From positions 1,054,001 through 1,118,000 of the forward strand of contig CATNEN010000033.1 in NCBI GenBank assembly GCA_950097015.1: a stretch of 64,000 nt of DNA, in the 5' to 3' direction. A program made the position numbers and the translations under genes. Origin of the DNA: Macrostomum hystrix (lineage: Eukaryota; Animalia; Platyhelminthes). The first letter of the stretch is position 1, and each line of letters opens with the position of its first letter. Below the pieces are notes generated by a model, which saw only the letters and a list, made by a program, of their open reading frames with translations, was not told where the DNA came from and made no database searches. Below are positions 14,091 to 25,575 of the stretch, one piece after another.

Positions 14091-17000
14091 TCATACCATG
14101 AGTTGCCAGCGGTTGACAACGGAGGCGGCACCCAGTGCGGCGGTCAGAAGAAGGAGGTTCGCGGCCAGGTTGTCTGCAGTTGTAGTGAGACGAAGCGGGT
14201 GTTGAGGGAAGAAGCAAGTAGGTGTTTTGAGACAAAGCCTGTGTTTTGAGACGAAGCGGGTGTTATAAGAACAAGCAGGTTTTTTAGACGAAGCGGGTGT
14301 TGTGGGACGAAGCAGGTGTTTTTAGACGAAGCGGGTGTTTTGAGACGAAGCGGGTGTTTAGAGACGAAGCATGCTTTGAGACAAAGATGGTGTTTTTAGA
14401 CGAAGCGGGTGTTGTGAGACAAATCGGGTGTTGTGAGACAAAGCGAGTGTTGTGAGACAAATCGGGTGTTGTGAGACAAATCGGGTGTTGTGAGATGAAG
14501 CGGGTGTTGTGAGATGAAGCGGGTGTTGTGAGACGAAGCATGTGTTGTGAGACGAAAACATGTGCTGTGAGACGAAGCGGGTGTTCTGAATCATCAGTAG
14601 CAACCACAATGATGAAGCTCTCAATGAGCTTCCGTGAATATTTATGAGTGCCTTGGTGTTTCAGTTCAGTTCAGAGCTTGACTCACTGGCACCGGAGGCG
14701 GTGCTGTAGCCCAGAGCCTGTTTCTGACTGTCGCTCAGCTCGGCCAGTTGGCTGCTGGTCACCGCCGATTTCTGCGAGGCGCTGAACGAAGCCAGCTGGC
14801 TGGCGCTGAAATCCTTGAATTTGCTGGTCGACATGCCTGAGATGACCGAGGCGTCGATGTAGCCGATCTGACCGGAAGTCAAGGTCCGAATGTCTGTGGT
14901 CGACAGGCCACCTAGTTGGCGGGGTGGGTGCCGGGTTGGGTGGCGAAATCAACGTGATTTTGGTCTCGCAAGACAAATGTCTTGGGGGAGTTTGGTTTGC
15001 TGAAGCTGGTCTCTCAAAGACAAATGTCTTGGGGGGGAGTTTGTTTTCGGCTTTTTAAAGTTGTTGTCTTTAAAGCCATTGCTGAGTTGGGAGGCTTCCA
15101 AGAAAGCTGTCAATATGTGAGTTGTGCTCACTGATGAGGTTGGCCAGGCTTGTGAAGTAGCTGGTCTGCCAGCTGGTCACGCTGCTGCCCAGCGAGGAGG
15201 CCTTCAAGCGGTTGACGTAGCTCTGCATGACGTCTGCTGAGCAGGGCCCTGGCGTGCCGAGCTCGGTCATGGAGTTGCTGGGAGGTAAACCAGCGGGAGG
15301 AACAAGGGTTCAATGAGCTTGAGCACTATAGAGCATATGGCCTTCCTTTCTACAGAAGAAAAGTGCATCAGTTGAGTTCTCTTTCCCTTTCTCCCCTTCA
15401 TTTTCCACTTCTCTGTTGTCCTCTAGTTTTTTATTGCAAACTGCATGTCTCATCACTCACTCTCTCCTCTACCATGTATCATGAAATTTCCCAGTTACCA
15501 TGGCAACTAGGCAGTAGAGCTTCAATGCAGAAGCGGCTATAGAAAAATGCATTTCACCCTCCCGTTTGGCTTGTGCGGGCAGGAATGCTTCTTGTGCCGC
15601 TCATTGACAAAGCACAATGCCTCTCTCGTTGCCCAACCTCCCTTCTACCCGTCTCTGTCGGTCGCCAGTCGACCTTTAATGTGCACACAATTGGTGGATT
15701 TCGCGCAGGTCGCTGCCGTGACGACCCAGCCGCCAAAGCGTTTGATAGTTAGTTACGGTGTAGGTCTTCATTTTTGTCTCTAACTGGCTTCATTGTCTGC
15801 CTACTCCGCGACAATGCCGGTTGCGGGTAGAAAATCAATTAGCTAATTAGCATTCGCATTGCAGCCCTGGCTCACAGCACGTTGTTCTCGTTGAAATTGT
15901 TGACGTAAGTCGGTGAGGCGCCGCAGGCCAGGTAGCCCAGGGAGCTCAGCTCGCTGCGCGTCATGCGGCTGGAGTCGTTCGTCTTGGCGTTGGCGATGTA
16001 GGCGCTCACAATGGCCGCTTTCTGCGCGAATTCAATTCGAGAGTAAATCAATAGGCTAGGATGATGAGATTGTGCAGATACTCGTAGTGAAGTCGGGAGG
16101 ATTAGCCGCGGCCAAGGAGAATAGAGAACTACTAGGGCGAGAGAGCGAGTAGAGGACGGAAATAGCCTAAAAGTGAAGGGGACGGAGAATAGGCGAGGGC
16201 GAAGGTTGGTGAGGGCGATGAATAATAATAATAACCGTTATCTTATGATTACGAGGATAAATTCCCCAATTAATAAGAATTGCAGGGCTGTGGGCAATGG
16301 CACATTATTTGGTGACACTCGACCCGCAGCCAGCGAGGAGGCAATTCTGCCCATTTCGCTGACTTGGAGCACACAGATACTGTACGCAGGCACTCGCTCA
16401 CACATGTGTGAGCATATTTCTCTGATTTTCTCATCGTCAGGCAGTTTACACTTTCACTGTGCCTTGGAGGTTGGCCCTCAAGGGCGTAAATTGCACGACA
16501 AGCCTCCAAGTCTTCTCTCCGCGGCTGCGCCCCAAATAAATGTGGCCTCGCCGTGGAATCGAACTTAGGGACCGTGGTGCGAGAGGCAAACGCGTTAACC
16601 GCTCTGCCACCGACCCCCCGAGGGCGATAAATAAGCTTCCGCACTCACCGAAGCGTCCGGCATGAGCTTGCAGTACTTTCCAATGTCGCTGATGTGGGCC
16701 ACGTCAGAGTAGGGGATGCGAGCGATCTCGGCCGAGCTCCAGCACTGCGTGAGGCAGCCGACGGTCAGCAGGACGCTGCTGGTCCACATGCTGGTGCCGT
16801 TGTAGGCGGCCTCCGTCTTGGCCTTCAGCTGCGTGCACTGGTCGCTGCTCCAGGCGGCGTTGGCCAGGCCGAAAGTGCTGAAGCAGGTCTGGAACTCGCT
16901 CTGCGCCATGGCCTGGATCTGGGCCGCGGTCAGCTAAAAAATTTGGTCCGTTAGCGAACTTGACTCACCTTGTTGACAGTTATAATTGAATTTCCCGGTT

Positions 17001-20000
17001 GATTGAAGCTCACCTGAGCGACACCGCTAGCCAGGTTCTGGACATCGTTGCAGGTGAGCGCCGACACCGAGCGCCTACGACGCCTTCCGGAGCCGCCACC
17101 AGTGACGACGCTGCCGTCGATGACGCTGATGATGTAGCGCTGCGCATCCGCGATGGCGCTGGCGTGCGCCTGCACCTCCGCGCTGTCGCAGTCGGCCCTG
17201 TGTCCGTGGGAGGCCCGCTCGAGGCAAGAGTCGTTGGTCTGGGCGGCGTCGGTGGCGACAGCACCGCAGTCGGTGCGCACATCGTCCCGGTTGATCTTGC
17301 TGACATTGCCGAGGCTGGCCATGAAGGCGAAGCACATCCGGACAGAGCTGGTGCTGTAATTGCCTGAGCTGGGGTTCTCGCTGCGAGGTGCGTTGGGGCG
17401 GTTCGGGATGCTGTAGCTTCAGTATGGATTGGGAATGGATTGGGAATGGATTGGGGATGGATTGGGAATTGATTAGGAATGGATTGGGAATGGATTGAGA
17501 ATGGATTGGGAATTGATTGGGAATTGATTGGGAATTGATTGGGAATTGATTGGAATGGATTGGGAATTGATTAGGAATGGATTGGGAATTGATTAGGAAT
17601 GGATTGGGAATGGATTGAGAATTGATTGGGAATTGATTGGGAATTGATTGGGAATTGATTGGGAATTGATTGGAATGGATTGGGAATGGATTGGGAACGG
17701 ATTGGGAATTGATTGGAATGGATTGGGAATTGATTGGAATGGATTGGGAATTGATTGGAATGGATTGGGAATGGATTGGGAATTGATTGGAATGGATTGG
17801 GAATGGATTGGGAACGGATTGGGAATTGATTGGAATGGATTGGGAATTGATTGGAACGGATTGGGAATTGATTGGAATGGATTGGGAATTGATTGGAATG
17901 GATTGGGAATGGATTGGGAATTGATTGGAATGGATTGGGAATGGATTGGGAACGGATTGGGAATTGATTGGAATTGATTGGGAATTGATTTGAATGGATT
18001 GGGAATTGATTGGGAATGGATTGGGAATTGATTGGAATTGATTGGGAATTGATTGGAATGGATTGGGAATGGATTGGGAATGGATTGGGAACGGATTGGG
18101 AATTGATTGGAATGGATTGGGAATTGATTGGAATGGATTGGGAATTGATTGGAATGGATTGGGAATGGATTGGGAACGGATTGGGAATTGATTGGAATGG
18201 ATTGGGAATTGATTGGAATGGATTGGGAATTGATTGGAATGGATTGGGAATTGATTGGGAATAGATTGGGAATTGATTGGGAATGGATTGGGAATTGATT
18301 GGAATGGATTGGGAATTGATTGGAATGGATTGGGAATTGATTGGAATGGATTGGGAATTGATTGGAATGGATTGGGAATTGATTGGAATGGATTGGGAAT
18401 TGATTGGGAATGGATTGGGAATTGATTGGAATGGATTGGGAATTGATTGGGAATGGAATGGGAATAGATTGGAATGGATTGGGAATGGATTGGGAAATGA
18501 CTGAGGATGTATTGGGGAGTGGCTCACTTGTACAGCCTGAAGTATCTGGCGCAGATGGCCCTGAGGTAGGTGACATTGGGCGGGCACTGCGCCATGCGAA
18601 GGATGACAGATTCGGCTGCGCTCTGGTCCAGCTTGTTGATCTGGGCGGAGGTCAGGACGCAGGGCATGACAGCGCTGACCACACTGGAGTTCCAAGTCAC
18701 CAGGCTGTCCAGATTCGTGTCATTGGAGCCGCCTGAGCCGGACATGTCGCCGTGGGCGGTGCAGAGCTCGTGCACCAGCCGTTGGTGGGCCATAGACAGC
18801 TTCGTGCTCTTCTCGAACGCGCCGACTCCCTGCAGGGCCTGGCAGAAGGTGGGCAGCGCGCTGCTCGGAACGCTGCGAAGCAGCCCGACGCTGCGTTTGG
18901 CGATTTCACGGCATTTTGTTAGGACTTGCCTCGCTGCTCAAGGATGACTGGATCAACCCCACCTACCCCACCTGCCAACCTCAGCTTCTTCGCGTACATA
19001 ACCACTCTACCTCACCAGCCCAGTCTACTCCACCTACCCAGTCTACCCCACCTACCTAGTCTACCCAACCTACCCAGTCTACCCCACCTACCCAGTCTAC
19101 CCACATTCCCAGTCTACCCCATCTACCCAGTCTACCCAACCTACCCAGTCTACCCCACCTACTCAGTCCTACCCCACCCACTCAGTCTACCCCACCCACT
19201 CAGTCTACCCTACCTACCAAGTCTAACCCACCCTCCAACCAATCGTTTCTTCACACTATACCCAGACTACCCCATCTAACCAAGTCCACTCAATTAATTC
19301 ACCCTACCCCACATTCGCAGACTACCCCACCTACCAATCTTTTTTACCCCACAATCCACTTAGTATGCGTCAGTCTCTCAGCCAATAGCAGCTCACGAGA
19401 TGAACATGGCGAAGCTGCCAATGTCAGCCAGCGCGGTGGTGGTGATGTTGCTGCATTTGGCGAAGGACTGGCAGATGCAGCCAGTGACGACGCTGCCAGC
19501 TCCGACGCCCACGCTGCCGTGGTAGGCCTTGGACTTGTAGGCCACCACGGACATCTGCGAGCAGGGCAGGCGGCTGAGCTGCTCGGAGTTCAAGTGGCAC
19601 AGCAGGCTGGCGTCTACGTCGGATGCGCTGAAGGAGCTGAGGCTGGAGCCCTGCAGGAAGGTGCTCTGGAACTGGTCGACCATCGCGCCGATGGTACTGC
19701 GTCGCTTCTGCAGTGGAAGATTGTTCAGGGGATTCGGCTGTTTAGTCTGCAGACTGGGAAGGTCGCCACACTCACTAAATTGTTCAGCTGGTGCCAATTC
19801 TACTCGTACAGCTGGGTGAACTGAAGCACTTGGAAATTTAGACATAATGCTTCCTAAATGATTCGGAAACTGGGCGTCTCGGCGCATCTGAAGGCTGCGT
19901 ATGGCTGTTCAGTCCATGGACATGGGGGGACGCCACACTCAAACCCAAACCCTAACCCTAAACCTAACCCTAACCCTAACCCCAACCCTCAATTACCCCA

Positions 20001-23000
20001 TCATAATACTGGCAATGCTGACTTAATTGTCTTGCTAAAGGAAAAAAATTGTTCCAGTTGATTCGGGAATCGAACCCACGACCTTCGAGTCGCGAATTTG
20101 ACGCCCTAAGCTCTGGGCTACAATCACTTCAGAATGCAGACCTGGGCGCTGATTCTGTCAGCAATGCCAGACTTCGCCGAGTCGCCGCCGCTGCTGCTGC
20201 CAGTGCTGGCAAAGGGGGACAGCAGCGACTGGAAGGTGGCCTGGTCGGTGGTGCCGGTCAGGGCGCTGCGGACATCCGCCGGAGTCATCTGCGTCATGGC
20301 GTTGATGCCCAAGCTGGCCATGGTCCTGGCGGTGGGTGGCGGACGCTGCAAGAAAGTTATGTAGGATTTATATTTAGTTTAGGTAGGATTTAGGTTTAGA
20401 TTTAGTTGGATTGAAGCTTAGGTAGGATTTAGGTTTAGATTTAGTTTAGGCAGGGTTTAGGTTCAGGTTTAGTTTAGGTAGGGTTTAGGTTCAGATTTTT
20501 CTATGGTTGGGGTTAAGTTTAGAATTTTGTTTAAGATCGGTTCAGTTTTGGATTTAGTATAGTCTTGAGTTTCTTTTGGGTTAGTTTGAGTTCAGCGCCC
20601 ACATTTTCCTGGCAGAACACAGTGTTGGGGTGGTCAGGCATGATGCTGCACATCTGCTTGAAGCAGGTGTCGTTCCGGCACAGTCCTGGGTCGATCTTGT
20701 CTCTGGGGAAGCTGAACAGGCTGTTCATGTAGATCATGCAGTTGCTCGCATCAGCCGTCACATTCTTTAGCATGTCGCGCAGGGCCGAAGCGCTGCGAGC
20801 GATCTGGGGCGGCGAGGTTGGCGACAGATGAGCAAGGGGAGATAATAGATCTAGCTGGGAAGATCTCGATGGGAATATGTAGATGGGAATATCCAGATGC
20901 TAATATCCAGGTGGGAAGATCAAGATGGGAAGATCTAGATGGGAAGATCATGTTGTGAAGATCCAGATCCAGATGGTAAGATCTAGATGGGAAGATCTAG
21001 ACGGGAAGATCAAGATGAGAAGATCTAGGTGTGAAGATCTAAATGGGAAAATCCAGATGGGAATATATAAATTGGAAGATCTAGATGTGAAGATCCAGTT
21101 GGGAAGATCTAGACGGGAAGATCTAGATGGGAAGATTTAGATGGGAAGATCTAAGTGGGAAGATCTAGATGGGAAGATCAAAATGGGAAGATCCAGATGG
21201 GAAGATCTAAATGGGAAGATCCAGATGGGAAGATCTAAATGGGAAGATCCAGATGGGAAGATCTAGATGGGAAGATCTAGATGGGAAGATCTAGGCCGGT
21301 GAGCGCCCTCACATCTCTCGGTGCCATGCCGCTAAAGTTGAAGGCTTGGACCGCCTGCTCGAGGTCAGCTCCGTTTCTGAACAGGTCTCGCAGCTTCTCT
21401 GGCGCGATCTTGTCGATGCAGGCCTTGAGTCGCCCCAGCAGGGTCTGGTTGACTCGCTGCACCAGCTCCTGGCACTGCAAGGGACATTAATTTTGTTTTA
21501 ATGTGCTTGGGATCTTCGAATTTCCCAACAGCAGGGAGATCCCAACCCTTGATTTTATATTCCCACAATTGCCGAATTCTTTGATCACTCGCGCTCACCT
21601 TTGACTCCCTGTCCGGATCGTCCTTGAGTCGGTCGGACAGCGCAGTCAGCTCTTCCGGTGTCATGTTGCGCCAAATGGTCACTTCAATGCGACCAATGAC
21701 GTCAGCCTTGAGAACCCGGATCATGCCCCTGTGTGACAGAATGGCACGTTGCTACGCTCGTAACATACTCCTAGTCGTCAGTCAAATTGAGACACCCTCC
21801 TTGACCCCATCACTCCAATTGAGACACCCTCCTTGACCCCGTCACTCCAATTGAGACACCCTCCTTGACCCCGTCACTCCAACTGAGACACCCTCCTTGA
21901 ACCCTCACTCCAACTGAGACACCCTTCTTGGACCCTCACTCCAATTGAGACACCCTCCTTGAGCCCTCACTCCAATTGAGACACCCTTCTTGGAACCTCA
22001 CTCCAATTGAGACACCCTTCTTGGAACCTCACTCCAATTGAGACACCCTCCTTGAGCCCACCTCTTTAAACCCCTTCCTCGATCGCGGACATCACCTGAC
22101 ATCGCTGGCGTCCAATCTGGTCGGGTCTAGGTTCTGCGTCACTGCCTTGTCCACCGCGGCCTTGACCTCCGGGCAGCCGTTCAGTCGCTCCTGCACCATT
22201 GCGCCCAGGGTCGGCGCACCGCCCCCGGAAGTGACTGCGCCAGCGGGCACCGATGTCCGGCTCAGCAGCGCCTGCTGCAGCTTTACCGGCTGCAAATGGG
22301 AGAGGTTTCAGAGGAAATTGTGATTGGTGAGGAAACTCTGTGCTCCTTTTTAATTCCGAATTCAGGGGGGCTTGGTTTAAAATCAATCATTTCAGAACAA
22401 GACCTTCCAATCTTGGACCTCCCCGGTCCGGCACCCACCGCGTCAGCAGCAATGCGCCTGATGTCGTCGGCGTTAAACTGGCAGTTAGCCAAAGCGTTGG
22501 CGACGTCCTCGCTTGTGAGATTGGCTGGCTGACCGCCTCCCGTGCAGCCCATAAGCAGCCCGCGCATTCGCTCCCTGGCCGCGTTCAGCAACTGGGCGTC
22601 CGCGCAGCCCGAGCCGATGCGCTGCATCAGCGCGTTGAGGAAGTCGACGCTGAAAATGTTTTGTTTTTAGTGGGTTTCAAGGATAGCGTTCCTTTTTAGA
22701 ATCTTAACCAACTGAAACATCCTCGCAGGCAAAACCCTCCGACAGTTTCTGTCACCCACCACCCCATTATGACAGACCCTCTCACCCACCGCCCCACTGA
22801 CTGAGCCAGTCCCCCTCACCCGTCACCCCACTGACAGAGCCAGTCCCTCTCACCCACCACCCACTGACTGAGCCAGTCCCTCCCACCCGCCGCCTCACAG
22901 ACAGAGCCAGTCCCTCTCACCCACCACCTCACAGACAGAGCCAGTCCCTCTCACCCACCACCTCACAGACAGAGCCAGTCCCTCTCACCCACCACCTCAC

Positions 23001-25360
23001 AGACAGAGCCAGTCCCTCTGACGCACCACCTCACAGACAGAGCCAGTCCCTCTGACGCACCACCTCACAGACAGAGCCAGTCCCTCTCACCCACCACCTC
23101 ACAGACGGAGCCAGTCCCTCTCACCCACCACCTCACAGACGGAGCCAGTCCCTCTCACCCGCCACCTCACAGACAGAGCCAGTCCCTCTCACCCACCACC
23201 TCACAGACAGAGCCAGTCCCTCTCACCCACCACCTCACAGACAGAGCCAGTCCCTCTCACCCACCACCTCACAGACAGAGCCAGTCCCTCTGACGCACCA
23301 CCTCACAGACAGAGCCAGTCCCTCTGACGCACCACCTCACAGACAGAGCCAGTCCCTCTGACGCACCACCTCACAGACAGAGCCAGTCCCTCTGACGCAC
23401 CACCTCACAGACAGAGCCAGTCCCTCTGACGCACCACCTCACAGACAGAGCCAGTCCCTCTCAACCCACCACCTCACAGACAGAGCCAGTTCCTCTCAAC
23501 CCACCACCTCACAGACAGAGCCAGTCCCTCTCAACCCACCACCTCACAGACAGAGCCAGTCCCTCTCACCCGCCACCTCACAGACAGAGCCAGTCCCTCT
23601 TACCCGCCACCTTACAGACAGAGCCAGTCCCTCTCACCCACCACCTCACAGACAGAGCCAGTCCCTCTTACCCGCCACCCCACTGAGCCAGTCCCTCCCA
23701 CCCACAGTAGGCGAGCCTGTACTCACACGCAGGGATTTCTGAGCTCCATGCAGCCCAGTCCATCGAACAGGGCCAGTCCCGGCGGCCTGTTGTCGGCAGT
23801 TTGGTTGGCCACTCGGCCCGCCATGCGCTGGAGGATGCCGAACTCAAACGGCGAACTGCGATTGCAGCGGCAGCCCTGCAGCAGCTCCTCCATGTTGATG
23901 GACTGCACGCGAGCTACGCAGGGAGACTGGGACTGTACCTTGGCCATGCAGGTCGCGCCGCGGCTAATCACTCTGGTCAGGTTGGCCTCAAAAGTGTTCT
24001 GAAAGAGTCAGTGCGAATCTATGATTAGTATTGTCAACACATTAATAAATATGTTCATCTTTTGGGAGAGGCAAAAGCACTCACCAGGAAGGGTGCAATG
24101 TCCGGCAGAGCGGACAAGGACAATGAGCCGACGATGCTTGGTGTCAAGTTGTTAATCTGGACCAGAATGGTGTCCAGGCCGGATTTGATGAGGGGCTGCG
24201 GTCTGGTTGTACAGCTTGGCGATGCAGGCAATCGGCTCCCGGCAAGTTGGCGAGGTGACTCGCTGCACCACCTGGGGCAGCAGGGTCAGGTTGCGCAGGA
24301 AGGCGCCGACCTTTTCCAGGTGGGCCTTGCGGTCAGCCAGTGTCATTGGCGGCGGCGACGTCGGCGGTGGCATCGAGGACATCATCGAGGACATCATGGA
24401 GGACATCTCGGCCATGATGGGGGCGCCGGTCATGGGTTTGGCGTCCATCATTAGCAGCTGCATGAGCGGCGCCAGGTCCGACTCTGAGCAGACGCGGCGG
24501 ATGAGGTCAAAGCTGAACTGAGAGTCGTCTGAAAGGCGATTGGGCGGTGCAATGCTTCAGGTATACAAGTGAAGGTCACTGGTTACCAACTTACCACCGT
24601 TAACTCATCGATACCTAATTGATACCTCATCGATACCTCATCGATACCTCATCGATACCTCATCGATACCTCATCGATACCTCATCGATACCTCATCGAT
24701 ACCTCATCGATACCCAATCAATACCTTAACGTGACCTTATCAATACCTATTAGATAACTAATTGACATTTAATCGATACCTCAAAAAACTTGATGTCGCT
24801 CACCTCGCCGATCGTCGACAGGCTGCAGCCGGCAGTTGCCTAGCGGATCGCACACGGGCTGCCCGGTTCCCCGAGTCTGATTGAATCGGCAATGAAGCGG
24901 GCTGGGCGGATTGCTGGAGGAATTCCTGTTGCACTCCGGGCAACAGTCGGCACCTAGGAAGATCTTGTCGGCTTGGCAGTTCTGCACCTTGCTGGCGTTG
25001 CAGCAGCGGCTGCCGCCGTCCACTGGCTCGCCGCAGAGGAGCGCGCTGACAGCCGGCCTTGCCGCAGGCGCTGAAGCACGGCGTGGCGGAGAGGTTGAGG
25101 TTCAGGCAGGTGGAGTTGCACACGGTGGACGGGCTGTAGCGGGCGCAGGACGGGCAGCAGTGGCCGGGCACGTCGTTGCTGGACACCAGCGAGCGGCCGC
25201 GGCCGCAGTCGCCAGCCGGCGCCGGGCACTGGGGAGCGAACATTGGGTCCCACTGCATCGGCGGCTGCTGCTGCGGTGGCTGCTGCTGCACTGACGGATG
25301 CGGCAGCAGTAGGCACATCAGAGCGGCCAACACGGCCACCCCTAGTCGATGCTTGAACAT
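14091..25360 (-). CDS. Otoancorin/stereocilin/mesothelin-superfamily GPI-anchored surface protein, ~16-17 exons
   Basis: ATG at 25360 starts a signal peptide (MFKHRLGVAVLAALMCLLL), followed by a Cys-rich CCPxC module. GC-rich exons lie at ~24530-24085, 23990-23725, 22660-22410, 22295-22095, 21740-21600, 21480-21290, 20810-20590, 20350-20130, 19710-19395, 18930-18528, 17400-17015, 16930-16650, 16020-15860, 15290-15130 and 14910-14687. There is a furin-like RRRRRS site. The C-terminal TLTSGQIGYIDASVISGMS...FSASQLASFSASQKSAVTSSQLAELSDSQKQAL resembles the OTOA/STRC C-terminus (recognised from memory). The last exon, 14173-14091, encodes the hydrophobic NLAANLLLLTAALGAASVV tail. Apparent frameshifts at ~25050 and ~24200. 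Confidence 0.72.
14190..14590. repeat. Intronic minisatellite, ~19-20 bp unit (gagacgaagcgggtgttgt)
   Basis: Direct tandem copies visible. Confidence 0.9.
15494..15507. promoter_or_regulatory. RFX X-box (intronic)
   Basis: GTTACCATGGCAAC, a perfect match to GTTNCCATGGNAAC. Confidence 0.6.
16280..16620 (-). mobile_element. tRNA-derived SINE, family A (longest copy)
   Basis: A-box TGGCAGAGCGG and B-box GTTCGATTCC on the minus strand. The body matches 2235-2440 and 59655-59810. A possible (TTA)n tail lies at ~16220-16235. Confidence 0.8.
17425..18500. repeat. Intronic satellite of 10/11-mers (ggaatggatt / gggaattgatt)
   Basis: About 1.07 kb of tandem copies between two exons. Confidence 0.95.
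18955..19350. repeat. Intronic degenerate repeat (ccacctacccagtctacc-like)
   Basis: Tandem 9/18-bp C-rich units. Confidence 0.85.
19715..20122 (-). mobile_element. Composite family-B SINE pieces interrupted by a (CCCTAA)n-like tract
   Basis: Head at 20050-20122 (GGTTCGATTCCCGAATC). Telomere-like run at ~19945-19990. The 3' block and the tgcttcagttcacccagctgta block lie at 19715-19945. Confidence 0.65.
20365..20525. repeat. Degenerate (TTTAGG/GGTTTAG)n intronic tract
   Basis: Repeated ggtttag and tttagg units. Confidence 0.7.
20835..21292. repeat. Intronic minisatellite, 14-bp unit gggaagatctagat
   Basis: Direct tandem copies. Confidence 0.9.
21785..22062. repeat. Intronic minisatellite, 32-bp unit gagacaccctccttgaccccgtcactccaatt
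   Basis: About 8-9 tandem copies. Confidence 0.92.
22770..23700. repeat. Intronic minisatellite, 34-bp unit cacagacagagccagtccctctcacccaccacct
   Basis: More than 25 tandem copies. Confidence 0.95.
24605..24782. repeat. Intronic minisatellite, 11-bp unit atcgatacctc
   Basis: Direct tandem copies. Confidence 0.9.
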
Positions 25361-25561
25361 TGTGGACTCAGTGCTACTATGGGATTCCAGTTTAGAACCG
25401 GGCATTGTCCCCGCCTCCCGCATAGTCCTCCCTTTTTGTACCCGAAGGCTTATCCTCATTTTTACCTCACCGCTCTTCCCTTCCCTGCCGCATCAGCCAA
25501 TCCCAGCCCGGATCTCATGAGGAGGCGAGCAGCGATGGGCGAGAACCGGGTGGGCGACTCG

Positions 25562-25575
25562 GTTGCCATGGTAAC
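25562..25575. promoter_or_regulatory. RFX X-box ~200 bp upstream of the otoancorin-like ATG
   Basis: GTTGCCATGGTAAC inside the extended palindrome tcgGTTGCCATGGTAACcga. Confidence 0.75.

Noticed and set aside
14661-14686. Stop at 14661 as the end of the otoancorin-like gene
   Set aside because: A GTGAGT donor at 14686 splices in phase to the exon at 14173-14091, which encodes the expected hydrophobic GPI signal.
16405-16445. Hammerhead ribozyme (CTGACGA...GAAA on the minus strand); also CTGATGA at ~48925
   Set aside because: Stem II/GAAA spacing does not fit, no stems I/III with an NUH site were found, and the motif is not conserved in the 2.25-kb SINE copy.
17571-18695. Long ORFs over the GGAAT/GATT satellite (374, 327 aa, etc.)
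   Set aside because: Stop-free translation of an intronic tandem repeat; the flanking exons splice around it.
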